NCBI GenBank assembly: GCA_038217285.1
Contig: JBBQPO010000080.1
Location: 1-21,111 of the forward strand
DNA: 21,111 nt
Source: Chthonomonadales bacterium
GTDB lineage: Bacteria; Armatimonadota; Chthonomonadetes; Chthonomonadales; Chthonomonadaceae
Direction of reading: 5' to 3'
Both the position numbers and the translations under genes were made by a program. Each line of letters begins with the position of its first letter. Positions within the stretch are counted from its first letter, which is position 1. Below the pieces are notes generated by a model that searched no databases, was not told the DNA's origin, and saw nothing but the letters and a program-made list of their open reading frames with translations. Shown here piece after piece: positions 16,901-21,111 of the stretch.

Positions 16901-17462
16901 CATGTACCTCGTCCTCGTGGTGCAGTTCCGGGGCTTCCTGCAACCGCTGCAGATGATTGCCTCCCTGCCGCTCGAGCTTGCGGGCGTCTTTACCGCGCTG
17001 TGGCTGGCGCACCAATCGTTTTCAACAGTCTCTATTCTAGGCATTATCGTGCTGACCGGCATGGATATCACGACCGCGGTGCTGATGATCGACCTGATCA
17101 TGAAGTACCGGGACCGGGGCGTACCGCGAGATGAGGCCGTGATAAAGGCGTGTCCGGATAGGCTGCGTCCGATCCTGATGACGACAGGGATTACGATCAT
17201 CACGATGCTCCCCGTTGCTCTTGCGCCCAAGACAGGGCTGGACGCCTATCAGCCGCTTGCGACGACCGTGGTAGGGGGATTGCTTGTGGGGACTGTCTTA
17301 AGTCTTCTGGACATTCCCATCATGCACACCTATGTGGATGATCTCACGCGCTGGCTCACCAAGACGTTCCGCAACCGGGATTGGGAGTGGCCCGTGACGG
17401 AGGCAGACGACCTGCACGAGGTAGATGGCAGTGAATTAGGCGACGTGTCAAAGAAGCTATAA
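13956..17462 (+). CDS. RND-family efflux permease (AcrB/CusA superfamily)
   Basis: PGLSAQEMEIYVSKPIEEQL, TM4 AIGRLVDD, RLRPILMTT, PLATTVVGGL and the two-repeat RND topology over 1168 aa. Confidence 0.93.
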   Translation: MSQIPSHKNAPATPPPGHRMNALHLIHKWSIEHPYAVIAFYVAMMGLAWMTISHTMPRRFAPYVESPMIGVVTMMPGLSAQEMEIYVSKPIEEQLINVKGLRYIRSNSQNGFSIVTLQFPYGTNMQRAIVDIQALMNVTQSNLPATGANLKPSWVVPIDPLNLPILTLSLRGDPKAGWDAVRAREFADNTVVNRIKEVPDVYSVVPFGGYRRQMQVVVDREKLAAYRLSILDVKNAIDRYNVSRPAGTLTSGAQEGIVRVDTRALSAEDILGYPITSVGSDASASGSSPSGGAPAGGGGGGMGGGEAPGAAPTPSAPVGALRSPRVIYVRDVARVVDTHFERRSGYHYLKHEPGTKGEVIPSIEVSVIQDPGASSATVVPAVMKVINQLEDENPGLHFDVSYDNAHFVNILFHNVWEELLTAVLLTGIAILFFLGEWRGTLIAMIALPTSLAIAVMMMVPFGMTFNSGTLIGLLLAIGRLVDDSIIDIHAVERHLRMGKDPKTATIDGIAEVRLAVIASTIMIVLALSPLLFSGGITQIMFKELVWPLIFGLLASMLVSFTLTALLCANLLRPESARETDRKHPIIKWLYVVLDPFQRFLDRLDGGYGRLLRWMLKHRFANMVRVFLTLIVGFTFYYFIGSEMMPLADVGQANGLLEMAPGTSYAETERAVGQLERILQKYPEVEKASIEIGAETMFESWTPFYTGYQMPQVNGASMMLTFSDKDSRKRTIFTIIDAVQKEALHTIPGIRRLQIKEMGSDVMATSAAPVHVNIFGPDLKELDKLGEEALGVARKMPEIFQPGTTWTIGLPDYQIKVDPQRAQEVGLSPESISQQAYYALSGGLTNEFYRLPNLRQDTIQVRYEQKDRANAQSLENLYLTTPDGRQILLKSVATIEDGNAPTVIEHDGLKRVIGITGYYRTEALPTMDVVMNLVANIYAGNKKLGIQPINFPPGYGMEMRGDMTEMMDSFRRMISGLTLALALMYLVLVVQFRGFLQPLQMIASLPLELAGVFTALWLAHQSFSTVSILGIIVLTGMDITTAVLMIDLIMKYRDRGVPRDEAVIKACPDRLRPILMTTGITIITMLPVALAPKTGLDAYQPLATTVVGGLLVGTVLSLLDIPIMHTYVDDLTRWLTKTFRNRDWEWPVTEADDLHEVDGSELGDVSKKL

Positions 17463-17485
17463 AGTCAAATAAATCTATCCCCGGT

Positions 17486-17512
17486 TGAACGGCGCTCTCT
17501 CGGGCGGTGTCT
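17486..17512 (+). promoter_or_regulatory. Possible ECF-type (autoregulatory) promoter
   Basis: TGAAC (17486-17490)-N18-GTCT (17509-17512), immediately upstream of AGGAGG (17521-17526) and the sigma gene. Matches the generic ECF AAC...GTC pattern. Confidence 0.35.
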
Positions 17513-17538
17513 CTGGTAGTAGGAGGCGAGAGCAGAGG

Positions 17539-18126
17539 ATGGCAGAAGCGCAATCAGACGAATATCTGCTGGGCAGGATCGGCGAACGGGATGCCGAGGC
17601 GTTCGAGACGCTCCTGACGCGGTACCAGGAGAGCGTTCGCGGGCATCTCCTGCGGACGGTGCGCGATCCCAACACGGCGGAAGACCTGACTCAGGAGGTC
17701 TTTCTGCGGGTCTGGACGCGCGGCGAACAGTGGAACGGCCATGGCCCCTTCCGTGTCTGGCTGTTCCGCATCGCCACCAACCTGGCCCTCAACTATCTCC
17801 GCACCGTGCGCCGCCGTCGGGAGTGTCCCCTGGAACTGCCCTCCGATGGCCCGGACGAAGAGAGCGTGCCGCGTATCCCCGACTGGATGATCGACCGCGC
17901 CAACGCCGGCCCAGAGCGCGCGCTGGAGCAGGGTGAGCGTCGCCGTCAGTTGCAGCATCTGGTCGAAGAGTTGCCGCGCGAGAAGCGCGAGGTGTTCCGC
18001 ATGGTCTTCGACGCCGAGATGGAGATACGCGATGTCGCCGAATCGCTGGGCGTCCCGCCCGGAACCGTCCGCTCCCGCCTCCACTACATCCGCAAACGCC
18101 TCGCCCGCGAATGGGACGAGGATTGA
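17539..18126 (+). CDS. ECF-family RNA polymerase sigma factor (sigma2 + sigma4)
   Basis: sigma2: DAEAFETLLTRY..AEDLTQEVFLRVW..FRVWLFRIATNLALNYLR. sigma4: LPREKREVF..IRDVAESLGVPPGTVRSRLH. ATG 17539 lies downstream of AGGAGG. Confidence 0.93.
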   Translation: MAEAQSDEYLLGRIGERDAEAFETLLTRYQESVRGHLLRTVRDPNTAEDLTQEVFLRVWTRGEQWNGHGPFRVWLFRIATNLALNYLRTVRRRRECPLELPSDGPDEESVPRIPDWMIDRANAGPERALEQGERRRQLQHLVEELPREKREVFRMVFDAEMEIRDVAESLGVPPGTVRSRLHYIRKRLAREWDED

Positions 18127-18166
18127 TCGCCTCATGGGAGAGGCTGCTTATCGAAGGAGACATAAA

Positions 18167-21111
18167 ATGGACATGTCTGCGCCCTGGCACAGGGCTTCGT
18201 TTGACCTCTTTATCCAGGAGAAGCTGCCGCAACTGCTGGCCACGCGTCTGCCGTTAAGCGGCTATCGCGTCACTTTCACGTTCGAGACAAGTTGCGGGAT
18301 CGACCTGGCCCTGGGAACGAGTGGGCACGAGGTAAACCTGGGTTTTGGTGAACTGCCACGACCCGATGCGGAAGGCGTTTTCTGGCGCAATGAGAGGCCC
18401 TATGTCGTGCTGCCGACCGCTTCCTGCGATGAACTCGATCAGGCGGAGATCCATTGCGTGGGCGAACAACTCCTGGCAGACATCACCTCCCGCCTCGGGG
18501 AAGCGCCGGACGAGCTGCCCTGGGATGAGGCGCTGGCCCGGCTCTGGCTGCCGCTCGACGGCTGGATACGCGGCTATATCGAGCGTACCGCGCAGGCCCT
18601 TGACACGACCAATCTCCTCAGCCGCAAGACGCATCTGCGCAGGCTCTCGCTGCCGAGTCGCGAAAAAATGTTTACGCCCGGTCACTATGGACGCGCCTGC
18701 CCCATCGAGACTCCGGAAGGGCCGAACATCGGTCGTGTGCTGGTGGTGGCGCGCGGTGCAACGATTCGGGAGGGCCGCCTGGAGATCGTCGATACCCGTC
18801 CCGAGATGATGCTCGGACTCTGCGCCTCGCTCATCCCCTTCCTGGAACATAACGAGCCCTGCCGTGCGCTCATGGGCGCGAACATGCTGCGGCAGTGGGT
18901 CACCCCAGCCGATCCGGAGCGTGCCCTGGTAGGCACGGGCAACGAGCCCGACGATCCGAACTTCTGGTCGGGACACAATCTGGTCACAGCTTACGTTCCG
19001 TGGGGGCTGGACAGCTTCGAGGATGCGATCGCCTTGAGCGAGACCTGCGCGCAACGCCTCTCCACGCCGAAGCCGATTCAGGTGGGCGATAAGCTGGGGA
19101 ATCGGCACGGCGCGAAGGGAGTGGTCAGCCGCATCCTGCCCGACGCCGAGATGCCGCATCTGTCGGACGGCACCTGCGTGGATCTGGTCTACGACTGCAT
19201 GGGGCTCTATTCGCGGATGAATTTCGGGCAGGTGCGCGAGGCGCTGATGGGACGCATCGCCCAGAAGGAAGGCGTTCCCGCGATCATGCCGCCTTTCGCC
19301 GCCCCTTCAGAAGCGGAGTTGAGAGAGCGCCTGAGGCGGGCCGGACTGCCCGAGGACGGTATGGAACAAGTGACGGAAGGCAAGGACGGAGCGCCGCTGG
19401 AGCGCCGGGCGACGGTCGGCGTGGTCTACTGGGGGCGTCTGATCCACACTGCCGCGCAGGGCTATTTCGCCTCGACGCTGCCGGAGGGCTGTCAGCGACA
19501 GGGAGAACTGGAATACTATGCGCTGCGCAACACGGGAGCAACCGCCAATCTGCGCGAGCATTTCTATCTCCGCGCCTCCGAAGCCTGCGATGCCGCGACG
19601 CTGGCCGAGCGTGTGCGAATCGGCACGCCGCTCACCTTCCCCATGCCTTCGCCACGATGTGCGGAGCTGATACGCCGTCTGGCAGCGGCCGGTATTCAGG
19701 CGGAGAAAGGACCGGAGGGGTTGACCTTCGCCTTTGTCGCTCCTACCGAGGAGATCCTGACGCTGGCGCAGCCGATCCCGCATCCCTGGCTGCCGGAGCG
19801 AACCCTGACGGAGGTCGGCGTCTCTTCGGCGGCGCTTCCGCAGTTTCGCGCACTGACGGAGGCCAATGCCCGAATGTCCCGACTCCTGAATATGGGAGCG
19901 CCTGAGACGCTGCGCGCCGGAGCGTTTTGGGAACTGGAGACTGCCGCTCAGCGCTATCTCAATGCGCTCGTTCCCGCATTGCAACTCCGCTTGCAGGCGC
20001 GTCCGATGTTTAACGGGCGGGCGGTCGCAACGCCCGGCGATCTGCGCTACGATCAGGTCGGAATTCCGGAGGAGATGGCCTGGACCCTGTTCGAGCCCCT
20101 GCTGGCACAGGAACTGGGGGAGGCTGCCCTGGTGCCCCGGACAGAGGCGACTGTGCGGCAACTCGATGCTCTGATGGCGCGCTCCTGGGTGCTTGTACAG
20201 CGTTCTCCTGTCATCGAGCCCACCGGCTTCCTGGCATTTCATCCGTTGCGGTGCGCCGGACAGGTCATTCGCCTGCATCCGCTGGCCAACCACTCCCTCA
20301 ACGCGGATTTCGACGGCGACATTCTGTCGATTTTTCTGCCGATCACCGAGGAAGCTCAGCGGGAGGCGGGAGAGAAACTCACGCTGGCCGGGCATCTGCA
20401 CCGTGAACCGGAACTATTGGGAAATTTCCTGCCTCTGCACTCTGCGCGTGCCGGACTGGCACTGCTGGCCCGTACCGCAGAAGGCCGCGAGGAGATCCGG
20501 CAACTCGCCGGTACAGCCTCCCCCTTGCCGGACAGTTCGCTGAATCGCGCCGGCCTGCTCACGCTGGCGCAAGAGGTGCTGACCACGCAGGGAGCGGAAG
20601 CCACTATCGCCGCTATGGACCGCCTGACGCGACGCGGATTCCAGAGAGCAAAGCGGTCCGGGCTCTCCCTCAGTCCCTTCCTAGGCGCGGGCTTCGCGCG
20701 GCCCGATCCGCCGCAGAACCCGAGTGCCGAAATCTGGACATACTGCACCCCTTACTCCACGACGGTCGTGCCTTTCTACCCACCGGCAAACGCCGAAATG
20801 TGGGAAGTCTACACGGAAGAGCTGATCGAGCGATTGCATAGGCACAGCGCCAACGACGATCTGGAGCCGTTCCTGGTTGCGGTACGCAGCGGCGCCCGAA
20901 GCAACTATCCGATCCTGCAAAAGTTTGTAGGAGCTTATGGGGTCGTAGAGGATGTGAAAGGCGAACGTGTCGCCATACAACACTCCCTGTGCGACGGAAT
21001 GACACCGGAGGAGTGCCATACGCTCTGTGTGGGAGCACGCAATGGAATCGCCCGCGCCGCCGCCGAACTGGAGCATGTCAGCCGTACCCTGCGCCAGTCC
21101 AATCTGCCCAC
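18167..21111 (+). CDS. Miniaturised single-chain RNA polymerase beta-beta' fusion protein (3' end outside window)
   Basis: AAGGAG RBS (18154-18159) and ATG 18167; the frame stays open for 981 codons to the window edge. Beta motifs: HYGRACPIETPEGPNIG 18683-18733, SLIPFLEHNEPCRALMGANMLRQ 18827-18895, FED 19016-19024, GDKLGNRHGAKG 19085-19120, SRMNFGQ 19211-19231, GCQRQGELEYYAL 19487-19525. Beta-prime motifs: LTLAQPIPHPWL 19757-19792, FNGRAV..QVGIPEEMAWTLFEP 20009-20098, NADFDGD 20300-20320, GFQRAKRSGLS 20636-20668, SGAR 20888-20899, GMTPEE..GARNGIA 20996-21052. Confidence 0.93.
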   Translation, partial: MDMSAPWHRASFDLFIQEKLPQLLATRLPLSGYRVTFTFETSCGIDLALGTSGHEVNLGFGELPRPDAEGVFWRNERPYVVLPTASCDELDQAEIHCVGEQLLADITSRLGEAPDELPWDEALARLWLPLDGWIRGYIERTAQALDTTNLLSRKTHLRRLSLPSREKMFTPGHYGRACPIETPEGPNIGRVLVVARGATIREGRLEIVDTRPEMMLGLCASLIPFLEHNEPCRALMGANMLRQWVTPADPERALVGTGNEPDDPNFWSGHNLVTAYVPWGLDSFEDAIALSETCAQRLSTPKPIQVGDKLGNRHGAKGVVSRILPDAEMPHLSDGTCVDLVYDCMGLYSRMNFGQVREALMGRIAQKEGVPAIMPPFAAPSEAELRERLRRAGLPEDGMEQVTEGKDGAPLERRATVGVVYWGRLIHTAAQGYFASTLPEGCQRQGELEYYALRNTGATANLREHFYLRASEACDAATLAERVRIGTPLTFPMPSPRCAELIRRLAAAGIQAEKGPEGLTFAFVAPTEEILTLAQPIPHPWLPERTLTEVGVSSAALPQFRALTEANARMSRLLNMGAPETLRAGAFWELETAAQRYLNALVPALQLRLQARPMFNGRAVATPGDLRYDQVGIPEEMAWTLFEPLLAQELGEAALVPRTEATVRQLDALMARSWVLVQRSPVIEPTGFLAFHPLRCAGQVIRLHPLANHSLNADFDGDILSIFLPITEEAQREAGEKLTLAGHLHREPELLGNFLPLHSARAGLALLARTAEGREEIRQLAGTASPLPDSSLNRAGLLTLAQEVLTTQGAEATIAAMDRLTRRGFQRAKRSGLSLSPFLGAGFARPDPPQNPSAEIWTYCTPYSTTVVPFYPPANAEMWEVYTEELIERLHRHSANDDLEPFLVAVRSGARSNYPILQKFVGAYGVVEDVKGERVAIQHSLCDGMTPEECHTLCVGARNGIARAAAELEHVSRTLRQSNLP

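Noticed and set aside
17891-18166. Programmed frameshift fusing sigma to the mini-RNAP (the RNAP frame is open back to 17891)
   Set aside because: Open alternative frames are common in GC-rich DNA, no slippery site is evident, the sigma has a normal end, and the RNAP ORF has its own AAGGAG RBS.
20726-20803. Short internal duplication in the mini-RNAP (GCCGAAATCTGG / GCCGAAATGTGG, 66 bp apart; AEIW/AEMW)
   Set aside because: Could be a small in-frame duplication but is too short to distinguish from chance without homologues.
18254-21076. ORF-track ORFs in this region (e.g. 18254-19159 minus, 19307-20401 minus)
   Set aside because: Antisense or off-frame shadows of the RNAP-like ORF, with no recognisable motifs.
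18167-21111. Housekeeping rpoB/rpoC, or an rpoBC pseudogene
   Set aside because: Far too short between motifs and not in the ribosomal-protein/rpoBC context. Yet it has no stop or frameshift over 981 codons and keeps all catalytic motifs, which argues against a pseudogene. No gene symbol assigned.

Overview
GC-rich bacterial chromosomal window. From left to right: (i) the end of an IS21-like element (four 23-bp repeats ending in CA) abuts and supplies the stop codon of an unusual gene encoding ankyrin repeats, two anti-sigma zinc fingers and an RNAP alpha-CTD; (ii) a short MITE-like element and possible integrase arm sites lie next to the 3' end of a tRNA-Ser(UGA); (iii) core-like genes follow: two paralogous membrane-anchored TPR proteins, a lone minC, a hypothetical protein, trpF and a secreted GH44 glycoside hydrolase; (iv) a probable metal-responsive TolC/MFP/RND efflux operon is headed by a Cys-rich leader ending in RAPP; (v) an ECF sigma factor is followed directly by the main finding. 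This is a >=981-codon ORF (18167 to the window edge) that is missing from the supplied ORF track because it has no stop in the window. I translated it by hand. In one reading frame and in the canonical order it carries the conserved motifs of BOTH RNA polymerase beta (HYGRACPIETPEGPNIG, RALMGANMLRQ, FED, GDKLGNRHGAKG, SRMNFGQ, QRQGELE) and beta-prime (clamp coiled-coil, NADFDGD, SGAR, bridge-helix start). The lobe, flap, zinc-binding domain, lid and rudder appear to be deleted. It looks like a miniaturised single-chain beta-beta' RNA polymerase paired with its own sigma factor. All family assignments come from motif recognition by eye; no searches were run.
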